From the human T2T-CHM13v2.0 reference genome, Homo sapiens, in the NCBI RefSeq assembly GCF_009914755.1, contig NC_060935.1: a stretch of 64,000 bases of DNA; one strand, given 5' to 3'. Both the position numbers and the translations under genes were made by a program. Shown in pieces: positions 1 to 12,260 of this stretch. Positions within the stretch are counted from its first letter, which is position 1; every line of letters starts with the position of its first letter. The notes beneath the pieces are model-generated. The model saw nothing but the letters and a program-made list of their open reading frames with translations, was not told the origin of the DNA and did no database searches.

Positions 1-14
1 TAGACTTATGAGTT

Positions 15-175
15 AACAACTTGTGACCTTAAGAAAATGACAGCCTTCCCAATATCCATGTCCTCTTGTGTAAAATGGAAATGTAAAAGAAGATTGGCCC
101 CATAAGGCTTCTGTGAGGATCAAAGAGCCTAAGAATGGAGGTAAATGGCTATACACATGGAGCAGCACCTGAATA
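15..175 (+). mobile_element. MIR SINE fragment
   Basis: Degenerate MIR core: TGTGACCTT...TGTAAAATGG...CATAAGGCTTCTGTGAGGATCAAAGAG. Confidence 0.7.
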
Positions 176-2393
176 GAGACATGATCATTGTGTTTTTTTT
201 CTATGAGAAAAGGCTTGAGATAACACTCACAGTTCCTGATGAGGCTTCCTTGGCAACCAGATATATTTACTGGGAAAATCGAGGTACTCAGATTTCCAGT
301 GGCCACAAACCAGAACAAAGCAAGGTGGTGCCCCAGGCCTTGTTCCCTTGGCCTGGGGCCCAGACCCAAGGTCATGCACAGCTGACAGAAGAACGAGAGG
401 CTTCAGGGACCCAGGCTCATCTCCTGACATGCTCAACTCACTCTCACAGTTGATGTTTTTGGAAGTTTGCTGCTCAGCACTGTTGTCAAATACTTAGCAG
501 CCCAACTTGGGGCAAGACAGCAGCTGGCTCACCCTACCTGTGGACAGAGGCAGAGCGGGTTCTGGAGTGGGCAGGGGGATTTGTCAGCATCTGGATTGTG
601 ACTGGTCCAGCATGCCCTCCCCTGCCTGTTGGGCAGCGGGACTTAGACCTGCTTTCTCAATGAAAACAAGCAAACCAATGAGAATAGACACAATAGGATT
701 GCTCCACGCTGCAGCAGGGCAGGAATCTGAGCAAGTCGGGGCACTCCAGACCCTCCGATCAGGAAGTACGCCCTGGCACAGGTGGCCATGGGTGGCGGTC
801 ACTCCGCCTTCAGAAAGCCACTTGGAATGCAACCTGCACAATTGCCTTCATCCTTTACCGCCCTGCCAGATTGTTGACGGAAGCAACCTTATTACCAGTC
901 TCCAAAACATCTCCATAAAACCCACCGATCACAGACTGTAGCATGATTACAGCCACCCCGCTATTCGACGAGCTGCTGCAATTTCTCCCAGGGACTGGAT
1001 GATGCAGGCTTCCTTCACCAGGTTCCCATGGGTGTGCCCTGTGTGGACCACAGAGCCAGCTCCAGAAAGGAGAAGGCAGGAAAGAAGAGACTTCGGTCCC
1101 TGCTTTGTAGTCTTCCTTTCTTAGGGACCTTTTTTTTGAGGTTATCTTTTTTTTTTCTTCCTTTGTTCTTTCAGTCTCACATGTCTCCCTCCACCTGCTG
1201 TCTCTCAGCCTTCAGAAACAGATGTGGCCCACTGGAAAGACAACCTCACAGTCTTCCTTGCTTCCAGGGGAGGACGGACATCAGCCGGAGGGCCCTGGGG
1301 GAGGGGAAGGCTCAGGCCTCGCTGCCTGCAGCTGCGGAAGAAATCTCTGATGAATTTCAAAACCTGCCTTTGCTTTGGATGTGATCAACAGTCACAGTGG
1401 GGCCTCTGTGTTTTACTATATGAACAAGCTCAGAGGGAGGGAGAAATGCAGCCCCCTGGCTCTGCCTCTCCCCTGCCACAGTGGCTGAGTGGAGGGCAAT
1501 CCTCATCTGTGCAAACTGTGAGATGTTTAGCAGGATGCAAAGCTGGAGCCAGCTTGCTGCTCCTACCCGAGTGCCTGGAACTGAGAGTGTAGGGCACCCC
1601 TGCGTGTGGGGTCCTGGTGGAGCTTCCAGTATGAGAACACAGGTGGGGACCACACCAAAGCACCCCCTCAGAGGGCTCCCCCCGCGGCCTCTTTTCTAGG
1701 CTGTCCTTTGGAGGAGTGGCTTTCGGAATGACCAGGATACATTGGTGATAATTGGGCTGGAAATTATATAATTTCATGCAAGTAAAATTCCTGTCTCAGG
1801 TTGTTACAGCCTCCAGCCTTATCAGGAAGGTGGGCAGGTGCTCATTGAAGGTGTTTGCTCAATATTTGTCGATTAAGCTCAACAATACCTTCTTCTCCAT
1901 CAGCAACAATGTGACTGTCTCTTGGCTTCCCTGCCCGTCAGATGGAGAGTTCATTCATTGATTAATTCAACAGACAGCTCTCATGTGTACAGGACTGTAA
2001 CCGGTGATGGTGGGAGAAGACAACCTTGTTCCTGTCCTCAGGAGGAGGTTTGGTGGGATCGTGGGGTTCATTTTTAAAGGCATAAAGTCAGAATCCTCTG
2101 TCAGCAGGAGAGGCAGGAAGAAAGGAGGTCGTCTGCCTTTTCTTTCAGTGGTTGAAGCCCCTTTCACCTAAGGCTTCCTTTCCAGGCGCAGCCCTAGAAT
2201 GTCAAGGAAAAGCCATGTGACCCATCCACCCCCACCGCCAAAGGCAGGGCCGGTGTCCTTCTGTGTGTCCCAGGGAAGCCTGGGAGGAGGTGAGGGGACC
2301 TCACGGCCACAAGAACCGCAGTTGTATTGAAAAGCAACTCCTCCAGTCCCGACAGGTTTTTTTTTTCCGGGAGTCTCAGGGTTCCATCTAATG

Positions 2394-2985
2394 CAGAGCT
2401 TCTCAGAGTCCGGTCTCTGCCAATAGCAGTGTCATCCCCCAGTCATATAGTTGGGTGTTTGTCCCTTCCAAATCTCATGCTGAAATGTGACCCCCAAGGT
2501 TGGAGGTGAGGCCTGGTGGGAGGTGTTGGGTAATGGGAGCGGATTCTTCGTGAGTGGCTTGATGGGGTCCTGGCAGTAATGAGTGAGTTCTGGCTCTGTT
2601 AGTTCGCATGAGATCTGGTTGTTAAAAAGGGCCTGGCACCTCCCACGCTTGCTCTTGTTCCCTCTCTCACCATGTGACACACCCACTCCCCTTGCCTTTT
2701 GCCATGAGTGGAAGCTCCCTGAGGCCTCACCAGAAGCTGGCATTGGAGCCACGCTACTTATACAGCCTGCAGAACTGTGAGCCAAATACACCTCTTTTCT
2801 TTATAAATTACCCAGTCTCAAGTATTCTTTTATAGCAATGCAAAATGGATTAATCCACCCAGCTACTCAGAAATGAAAAATCTCAGGCCACATGCACATG
2901 TACTCAATCGGAAATGCTGGGCCTGGGGCTCGCACCTGTGTTTTACCAACCCCGCCCCCGCCACTCCGCCGGTCCTCGGGCACGC
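2394..2985 (+). mobile_element. MER5A-like hAT DNA transposon relic, split by an MST LTR
   Basis: Left part CAGAGCTTCTCAGAGT..CAGTGTCATC (2394-2442) and right part AGAAATGAAAAATCTCAGGCC..GGAAATGCTGGGCCTGGGGC..CTGTGTTTTACCAA (2858 onward) join into one MER5A-like sequence once the LTR is removed. Confidence 0.65.
2443..2857 (+). mobile_element. MST-type (MSTB-like) MaLR solo LTR
   Basis: CCAAATCTCATGCTGAAATGTGA...CAGCCTGCAGAACTGTGAGCCAA...TTTATAAATTACCCAGTCTCA; 5-bp TSD CCCAG at 2438-2442 and 2858-2862. Confidence 0.92.
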
Positions 2986-2993
2986 TGTAGCAC

Positions 2994-3169
2994 ACTGCTT
3001 CCCACATTTGGCTGCATGTTGGAATCACTCAGAGAGTTTTTAGAAACAGGAGTGCAGGGTCCCATTCTCAAGGATTCTGAGGTGATGGGGTTGGGATACG
3101 ACTTGAGTATGCGGGTTTTTCAAGTCTTCTGAAGTCATTCTTGTGTGCAGACAAAGTTGAGAACTACTG
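2994..3169. mobile_element. MER5B-like DNA transposon relic
   Basis: TTTGGCTGCATGTTGGAATCAC...GTGCAGACAAAGTTGAGAACTACTG terminus. Confidence 0.7.
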
Positions 3170-6100
3170 GCTTAGTATCTGAGAGCTTAGCTGTTAAGAA
3201 AACAGAGGCTCCCATCCTTACCCTACACCAGAGCTATCCTTTGTGTTTTCTGGAATTCTTAGCAATTTCCAGACACTTGCTCCATCATCCGGGAGAAGAT
3301 GCTAATTAGTAGCATTTAATCTGGTACCTTCCTCCTTCCTTTTTGGCAACACCTCAGAGAAAAACAGGAAACCTGAAAAAAGGCAAGGTCAGCAACAACC
3401 TCCAGGGCTTCCAGAAACACAGAGAAGTCTCTGGCTCGGTTGTTTCTGTGCAGGGGGCTGCTCTCAGCTGCTTTGCTGTAAAAGACACGTATGGGAGGCT
3501 GTGGGCTTGGCCTGCTGGTGAGCTGGGACCACAGCCCCTGCCGGGTCCATTCCCCTCTCAGAAGTGGTGGAGAAAGGACGGTGGACTGGCAGGGAGGACA
3601 ATTGAGATCCCCTAGATGTTTAGCACATTGTTCGATCTGACTGTGGAAATTAATAAATATGCTCACTGGAATGAAAAGAAACATCTCCTACCCAGCCAAG
3701 CTCTGTGTGAGGCAATGAAGGGAAAGTAAAAGTGCTGCTCAGAGAAATTCTAGTCTCCACTGGAAGACCCAGAGCAGCATAGAAGCAGTGCCTTTCTGAA
3801 GTGCTGGGACCAAATCGATTGGCCATCTGGGCACCTGCCCTATCCCACCATTGAACCTGTGCCCTAGGTCCTGGGAGGACCTCCTCCCTCAGCCTGGGAA
3901 GGAATGGGAGGGCAGATGAGGGACAGCCTAGACCAGTGGTCAGTTCCCCCTGCTTTTCCTTCATTTCCCTCAAATCCACCAGATCCTCATCTGCCATTTT
4001 CCTGGGCCTCAGTACTCCCACCAGCAAAGTGTTAGTGCCAGACCTCACGCTCTAGGGCATAGAGGAGACATGGGTAGGTAAAGGGAGAAGGCTTTGCATT
4101 CCAGTAGTGTTTTATGCAAGGAAAGAAAAGACCTCAGGAAAAAAAGTGTAAGAGATTCGTCTCCATACCACCACCATCCCAGTTACGGGGGTGGCTGGAG
4201 AAAAGATTTTAAATCCACCCACACAGTCCTTTAAAAAGACTTGCCTAAAAATACTGCACCTCTAGATGACCCCACTTCATTTCCCCACCTAAAAAGACAC
4301 AGAAGCAACTCTCGCTTTCTTTTCCTTCCTGCGATGCAGCATGGGCTGTGAGGAGGCACTTCTGAATCCAGTGAATAACTGCAGGCATTGGGAACCATCC
4401 TCCCAACCACATGGATAGACTTGGGACTTGACATAGGTCCTTGAGAGATGCTAAGGAGAAGGAGTTGGAGGCTTGGCTACCTGTAGCCTGTGTCACAGAT
4501 ATACTGCTGCAGGTCACAGGAGGCAGAGCTCCTGCTGATGGGTTTTCCGGTTCTGGTTTGGACAAAGGAGGAGGGCGGGGCATAAGAGCTGGGGAGGAGG
4601 AGGAAGGGGCACTACCTCGTTCTGCCCCTGCGCGCTGAGCTCTGGCTTTTTCACCCTGTTTTTCTTTTCTTGGAGGCCCAGAAGTCTTCAGAGAGGGTGT
4701 TTGAGACAGAGCTAGTCTAGGTCCAAGTTTGGAGTAGGTATGCAACTGTCACTATAAACACTTCCCAAGAAGATGACCCACTTCTGCAGAAAGCACTTGA
4801 ATTGCACGTGGAATCTGCTCTTTTTAAGTTTGACCGAGTCATCTGTGCTCCGTGAGCCACCGTGGTGGTCTGGCGCTGTTGCTCAGCTCTCGGAGGCTGA
4901 GGAGTGTCCCTGGCTCTGGAACTGAGGGGGTTAACCAAGTGCTTCTCTGCATTGTTAGCGGGGAGGAAGGCGGGCCTGGAGAAGGTCAAGCCCTTCAGAT
5001 GAAACCCTCTTTGAGCAGTTGAGCTGTTTCCACTTGTGGTTTTACAATGGCCCTATGAAGACCAGCCAAAAAAAAAAAAAAAATCATCGAAATGGGTCAG
5101 GTGAGGGGACCCTTGAGTGGAGGCCCAGCATCAAGCGCTGGCCCAGTCTGAGAGTTAGCTGCTGTCTAGGGTTCTGAGCCCTTTGGAGAGGAAAGCATCT
5201 GAGGCCAGCCTTCGATTTGGGAAAGGTCAGTGGGGAATTCCATGGCAGAAGAACTATGCCGTGCAGGAAGGGAGAAAAACAAGGCAAGCTTTCCCTGGCG
5301 TGGAAGAATAAAGGGCAGAGGGTGGACCAGTGTTTTTAATGCCACATGTCAGCAGGTAGCTGCTCGCAAAGGGCCAGCCTCTTCTTCGAAGTTTTTGTTG
5401 ATGGTCTCCACCAATTCCAGTTTGTTTTTCCTTTGTATTGTTATTAGCACCAAAATAGAAGACACTTCTCCACTGTCTCCTCAGAACACCCCATGCCTAC
5501 CTCTGTCTTGTCAATAGGATGCTATATTACAGCTCAGCACCTACTTATCTGTGTGCCTTGCCAGGATATAAGAAGGCAGGCATCATATCTCTTATCGCTG
5601 GAATCCCAGCACTATCTCAGCATATCACAGTAGTGTGTATAGACCCACAATCTTTTATCTGCAAATTCCACATTCACAAAGGTCTGGAAACCTCGAGCTT
5701 TCTTACAACTCATTTTGCAGAAAACCCTGGGCTAGATGTTGTCAGGGTTGCAAAGTCAAAATGTAGGAGCAGAGTGGAAACAGCAGACTCAAATACATGG
5801 CAAAACAGAACAGAACCACAGGGCAAGGCAGGCAGCAAGCTGTTGAGTATGAGGGGAAGAGTGAGATGTGACTGACACATTCTGAGGTGAGCTCTGAAGA
5901 GACCTGAGGGGCCAGGTGGCACTTAAGCTGGGTTTCAATTGTAGATAAGGTTTGCAAAGATAAAGGGGTGGGGTGGGGAGATAATCGTGGGACAACATGG
6001 TTTTCTATTTCCCTAACTTTTTATGGGCATATTGCTCTCTTTCCATTAAGTTTTCAGTCTCTCCCAGGGCTAGGATCTTAGTTCCATTTCTTCCATTCTG

Positions 6101-6242
6101 TCCACCGTACACAGAAAATGCAGTCATCTCTCAGAATTCTCCTATTCAATAAGAAATTATTCTGGGACTTACACATAGAATGTGCTTGAGAAGATTTTCT
6201 TGAATGAATAAGAACTTAAGGGCCTGTAATTTGTTTTCATTC

Positions 6243-6440
6243 ATAAACTTTATTTTTGGAGCAGTTTTAGGTTCCAGTAAAATAAGGGGAAAATACAGAG
6301 CATTCCCATAGACCCCTTTTCCCACTGCCCCAGCCTCCCCAACTGTTAACATTCCACACCCACGTGGTGCAGCTCTTACATTCGTGAACCTACATGGACA
6401 CGTCACTATGCTGATGCCCGTTTGTCCTCGCATTCTCTCT
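6243..6440 (-). mobile_element. Old L1 (L1MC-like) 3' end fragment
   Basis: ACTTTATTTTTGGAGCAGTTTTAGGTT..AAATACAGAGCATTCCCATA..GAACCTACATGGACACGTCACTAT, typical of an antisense L1MC 3' end. Confidence 0.7.
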
Positions 6441-6607
6441 TATTCAAGAGTAATAGAGGATGCAGACGAGGACGGCATGCCTTGCTCTGATTCAGCGACC
6501 TCTCTTTCCTCCCCCGACTTAGAGGTTCCTGGTCTGCGGAGAAACTTGCCCAGATGCAAAGCCACAGAGCAGAGACAGCAGAATCAGAAGCTTTAAAAGG
6601 TGTAAGC

Positions 6608-6901
6608 GGCCGGACGCGGTGGCTCACGCCTGTAATTCCAGCATTTTGGGAGGCCGAGGTGGGCGGATCACCAGAGGTCAGGAGTTAGAGAACAGCCTGG
6701 ACAGCATGGCAAAACCCTGTCTCTAATAAAAATACAAAAAATTAGCTGGGCATGGTGGCAGGCACCTGTAATCCCAGCTCCTCGGGAGGCTGAGGCACGA
6801 GAATCGCTTGAACCAGGGCATCAGAGGTTGGCAGTGAGCTGATATCGCGCCACTGCTCTCCAGCCTGGGTGACAGAGCGAGACTCCAAAAAGAAAAAAAC
6901 A
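6608..6901 (+). mobile_element. Full-length AluS (Sx/Sz-like)
   Basis: GGCCGGACGCGGTGGCTCACGCC start, A-rich middle linker, A-tail. TSD AAAAGGTGTAAGC (6595-6607) vs AATAGATGTAAGC (6902-6914), with a TT|AAAA endonuclease site. Confidence 0.97.
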
Positions 6902-7789
6902 AATAGATGTAAGCACTGAGAAGGCAGAGAGAGCATCCCTGTGCAATAGAGGAAGACATGTAGGTATAGATACTAAAGATAGAAAAGACCTCTGGTATCA
7001 GTTCCCTCCCTCAGGGTCCAGAGCAGGGGAAATATTCAAGGAACTGCTGCCTCTGATGTCTCATTGGCAGACCACAGTCAAAACCACACATTTTTCACCA
7101 GCTCCCAGGGCAGCTGAGGCCAAGTGATCTCTTCTCCCATGAGTGTGGCCTCAAGAACAGAGGTACTGACACCACAGACCCTTAAAGTGTTGTGCTCTTT
7201 ACAGTTTGCAAAGCACATTTAAAGTATTGTTGCAGCCTGACCACATCCTAGTGTGCAGGGTGCTTCGGGGTCCTCCTGTCTCACAGGTGAGAGAGCTGCA
7301 GGGAGCAAGGGGATGGCCCTCCATCACACTGGGTGAGGGAGTTGAGCCAGACCCTGTATGCTGAGCCCTCAGCCCAAGCTTTCTATAGGGCATGGTGGCC
7401 GGGCCATCGACTTCAAGGTCCTCTGGCCACTGCTTGTGATAATACCAACTCAATTGTATTTAGTTTTACATTCATAATGAGAGAAAAAGTAGTCATCCTT
7501 CTGAAGTACGGTGTTTTAGTTTATATATAGCAAGAAACATTTCTGAGTCAAATACCGTTAGGAAAAGTTTCAGCATAGATCTTTACCTCGAACCCTCTCC
7601 AAGTCTTTAACATACCAATGTGATCGGGATGCAATATTTGACCGTAATTCCATTTCTGGCAGAGCATCTTGGTTGGAAATCTCTTTGGGGGATGCAGCAA
7701 CAGAATCGGGGGACACGTGGCTGCTTTTCTCTCCAGGGCTTAGCTCTGAGCTGTCCTCCACGGAGGGTCTCAGAGGAGCTTGGAGGAGG

Positions 7790-8200
7790 AAAGATGGAAA
7801 ACTGAAACCTTTAAGAAGAGTCTAAAAGGAAATGAGTTATTCAGGCATAAGAAGAAGAAGACACTGGCAGGACCCTGAAGCCAGTTTTCCAATATGTGAG
7901 CACGTGAAGGATCCGCTACATAGCGTGGTGGGTGAGGGGCTGTTCTTGCAAGTAGAATGCTCAGAGCCTGGCTTCCTTACAGCCGACAGAACCGAATCAG
8001 TCGGCCACAAGGAGCTTGTTGCATGAAGACAGGGAGCCTCTGCGGCCAGGAGCCGGGCAAGGCGGGGACTCAGTATCTCAGGGTTCTCAAAGTGTCCCGT
8101 AGGACTCGCGTGGGCCAGTTTGCATCATGTATTGAGGCAGGGGACTGAACACAATGACCCATTCAGGTGGTTGTTGGCCTCAGGGTGCTGCAATAATGAG
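7790..8200 (+). mobile_element. L3/CR1 LINE 3' fragment
   Basis: TTATTCAGGCATAAGAAGAAGAAGAC..GCCAGTTTTCCAATATGTG.. and GAGGCAGGGGACTGAACACAATGACC resemble the CR1 3' end. Confidence 0.5.
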
Positions 8201-11200
8201 GTTTTCTGTAGAAGCAGGTCTGAAAGACAGATGCTGCAGGATGAAGAGGGGGATGGAGACCTTGGGTGAATTCATTCACACCCAAACCAGGAGGGCGGAG
8301 GGGGTGAGGGTGAGGGAGGGAGAGAGGAGGAAGACTCAGAGCAGAGTCATTTGAAAGAGCCCAGAAGCCACCAGGTGGAAAATCACCCTGCAGGGAGCTG
8401 ACCTTCCTCCCTCCTCCCGAGAGGCACCAGCCGGCACTGACCCTGGGTCCCATCTCTGTGGCCTGTGAGAAAAGAGGTGAAAAGCGGCTCCTCATGCCTC
8501 GAAACCTTGCTGCCCACATCTGAGGGCTGGCCTTGATCTCTGGGTCTGTGCACCCCTCCCCCCTTATTCCTTCCTGACCTTTCATCCATGAAGCGGGGAC
8601 AGAGGGTGTGGGGCTAGGGTGGTGAAGAGGGACGGAGGAGGCAAAGAAACAAAAGGAAAATCACGAAGGGAGACTGGGCCCTGGGGATAGGCTACTTGCG
8701 AACTCCTGAGTTTCATTAAATATAGAAAGGTAGGATGAAAAAATAATATTCACTCATTGTTACAGTTTCAAAGTCGGAAGCTGGCCTTGATTTCAAAGAA
8801 CTTGTGTGTAATGTGATGCATGGCTTTCTCTTCTGTCTCTTTTTATAGGTAAGTGACATTTCATTCTGCTCATCCCCAAGGCAAAGTTGGATGTTTTTAA
8901 AGTGGAAAAAAAAATGAACGGAAAAAGAAACGGGGAAGGTGGGAAGAGGTGGAAATGGAAGGGCACAGGTAGGTGCATACTCAATTCTTCATCTTTTGCA
9001 CAGACTGGTGGGGGGGTCTTCCCCCCAGATTCGGTGGAGAGTCCTTTCCTCAGGACGGAAGGTCCAGGTGGTGACTGTGGCTTTTGAGATGATGATGGCT
9101 TTGTTCTTTGAAAGGGGTTTGTCCTGTGACACAATGGCCAGCACTTTTGCTAGAGGTCTTTCCTGGGTGAAGTTCCAAGTCAGAAAGGATTTGAGGTTTT
9201 GCACGCTAATGCTATGTGTCAGCTACATTGCTGTGAGTAGGGCCTAGAGGAAGTAGGGAAAAGTGTTCTGGAGAGGCAGGATTAAAACATTCCAGGAAGG
9301 AAAATCAAGAACAAGGAAGAACGTCATTCCTGACATGATCAGGCAGTAAATGGCATGGAAATTTCTGGACAGAAAGGAGGTTTGTGGGAAAACTGAGATC
9401 TTGTATATTAAGAAATTTTTACTTAATTTTAAGGTCTATCCAACTACTGTCAATGTATTTTTCTATTCCTGCCTGGTCGCCGAGGCTGAAACATCACTTA
9501 CTTTCTCTTTAGCATGAGGCAGGGTAGATTTCTAAAAGAGCTGGGGGCTGGTTTGTCATTGTAGTCACTGTACCTTTTCTTGGTCAGTCTAGAAAGGCGT
9601 TTTGAAGTTCCAGGCTAGTTTTGGCTTTCTACTGCTCTTAAATATAATTGCTTTCCCCTAAGAGTAGAGTGAAAATGCTCTTTTTTTTCCCCCTGTGAGT
9701 TGCCAACAATCCACTGATATAATTGACTGATGGCTCTGTCCCACATGTATTTGTTATTTTCTTTGCGAGAGAGAGAAACGTAAAACATTCTATTTAACAG
9801 TCTATAAATCCAGACTGGAAACATAAAACTCAATTCAATAAAAATATTGAACATACTCAGTCTTATCTTAAGTCCAATTAAAGGAGATTAACAGAATGAA
9901 GTGGGGGCTGGGTTAACAGAAAGGGGAAAAAGACAAAAACCATTTCAACTTCAACACTATGTCTAAGGTCTCAGAGGAAATGCTCTCACAAACACGAGAG
10001 AAATCTATAGGCTTCGGAAATCTTTGAAAGAGACAAAAATACTAGAACTTGTTTTTGAAAGTGTATAATTCTATTTCTATCATTTGAATACACAGATGTT
10101 CTTTAAATCTTCTTTCTCTTGCTTTTAACAAAGAGGGAGGATAAAAGAAAACTCAAAACCCAGCTTCCCCCTCTAAATTAGGAAAAGTGTCACCATATGT
10201 TGAAAATCACAAAGCATCTTTTTTCATGATGCCATGTCCCCGTCCTGTGGTCTTTCATTTCCTCCGAAGACACTGTGACTCATGTCACATTTTCACGGCT
10301 GCAGACACACCTGGGAATTCTTCTTGGTATTTGTCCTGCATAATGGGGAAAATTAAGCTGCCACGTATCTGGCTCCTAGCCCGAGCAAGGGCTTTACACC
10401 ACCCCCACCCTGCTTTGAAAGGGAAGAAAATCTGAAACCAGGAAGCACTCCTAGAAACTGCCCAACATGGTAATAAGAAGGTGGGTTCTCAGCCACGTGG
10501 CTTCCTGCAGTCCCTCTGCCACAGCCAAGGCCTGTGGATCAAGGTTGATGGAGTCACTGATTTAGCGGGAACATTCGTGTGTTTTTGAGCGTGTTCACAG
10601 AAGAAGGGCTGCAACATAATCGCTTCTTGGTCTTGAGGTCCTCCCTTTTCTGCATAGTGTAGGCATTGCATGGATGAAAAGAGACGGCCTTCCCTCCTGG
10701 CTCCCTGTGGACCTCAGAACTTGCCTTGTCAGCTTGGGGCGGGGAACGCTGAGGGGCCCAGCTTATTGTGATGGATGAAGGCAGTCCCTCAGAATTTCCC
10801 ATTAATAAGGAGGTAATAGAGTATATGTTAATTTTACAAGAACATGTTCCACAGAGCATATAAGTACATGGGATATATTTGAATAGTTTTAATATGCTAT
10901 GATTCTCAGAACCATGGGAATGAAATTCTATTTGCACCTACCTAATAAACAACACATTCCCCAGCACTACTGGGCCCTGGTGGAATAAGAGGACAAAGGT
11001 GTAGTGTTTACAGGCACCCCTCCCCCAACACACAAACACTGGCACGTGCTCACACACACATTCATATTCCTACATGCATACTCACAGAGCTGTGATTTTG
11101 CCTTTGAAAGGTGACAAGGAGCAAAGACATTTTTCAGAACCAGATCTGGCCTCTCAGTGTTGTTTCCCAAGATATATGTGTCCTGTTTCATCACCCTCAT

Positions 11201-11744
11201 CGCTCACCAAACGCCTGGCCCCGTCGCTGTGTTTAACTTCACAGCTTGGCTGCCGAATGCGCCAGGCTCTTCATTTGCTTGGAATCCATCGATCTGACCA
11301 TCTCCCTAGCGCCAGTGCCCCAGGTTGGCACGTTAATCATCTTGGGTCCAGCATTGATCTCTCTCACTCCATTCCTCTCTCTGCCTCTGGTCCTGAGGCC
11401 TTCCTTGACCGCTCTGTCTGTCTGCAGCACGGGCCAGGCCACTGAGAGGGTTTCTGCTTCTCAGCTCTGGTTCTCTAGCTTTGAGGGAGCAGCAGTGAGT
11501 GCGAGGGGGACTGTGTGCACCGCTTCTAGCAGAGATGGAAACAAAGAACTCTGTGGTCTTCAACAGCAAGTCACGCCCTTGGCAGCCCTGGCAAAGCCGG
11601 CTGTGAGGAATGCTGGGGTTCCCACTCTCTCTTTGGACAAGGATGTTTTTGTTACCTTTTTTTTCTTTTTTAGCTAAGGCTTACCAAGTGTCAGACGTCT
11701 TACTAAACAATACACACACACACACAGAGATTTCTTATTTTCAA

Positions 11745-11885
11745 AGTAATTCTATGATACTGGTTTTATCATCCTCTTCTTACAAACAAGAAAATCCAGG
11801 CTTAAAGCGATGAGATAATTTGCCCAAGGTCACATGACCTTGAAGCTTGAATTAGAGCTTGTGTCTATCTGACTACAGTATTTGT
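11745..11885 (-). mobile_element. MIR fragment
   Basis: TTACAAACAAGAAAATCCAGGCTT..GATAATTTGCCCAAGGTCACA..TCTGACTAC. Confidence 0.7.
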
Positions 11886-12054
11886 GCACTTAACTGCTTT
11901 GGGATGAAAATTCTATCCCAAAAGAGCAGAAGGTGACAGGAAAGGAAAGTCTTTGGACCACCCTGGGCTCGCTCCCCTCTAGCTGTGCAGAGCAACCAAA
12001 TTCTTGACTGCTAGGCCTCTCTGGACAGGGCTCCAGTGCAGCCAGCACAAGGAG

Positions 12055-12260
12055 GTGACAAAGAGCTGGGCCCAGATTTAGAAGAACCCAGTTTGAGGCC
12101 TGCATCTGTTACCAATTTGCTGTGTGCCCTTGGGCAATTTATTAAGTTCTCTGGACCTCTCAACATGGGACAGAAGCATGGTAGTGTAATACTGCATAAG
12201 CTTAACCAGAGACCAAGTACCTATAAAAGGATGCTCTGACAATATTTAATAATTATCATT
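12055..12260 (+). mobile_element. MIR fragment
   Basis: CTGTTACCAATTTGCTGTGTGCCCTTGGGCAATTTATTAAGTTCTCTGGACCTC. Confidence 0.65.

Noticed and set aside
8369-8382. CTCF-like CCACCAGGTGGAAA (and similar partial matches near 17887, 19214, 40570 and 41100)
   Set aside because: Mismatches at high-information core positions; not supportable without ChIP data.
8163-8585. 140-aa ATG-initiated minus-strand ORF
   Set aside because: No recognisable domain, single exon, Pro/Leu-rich from a GA-rich tract, and its 3' end overlaps an L3-like remnant. BLASTP and PhyloCSF would be needed to rescue it.
9502-9588. Possible 87-nt minus-strand cassette exon (TTCTAG| ... AAA|GTAAGT) with one open frame
   Set aside because: Weak polypyrimidine tract, unrecognised peptide and no partner exons found; such sites occur by chance. 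Junction reads would decide.
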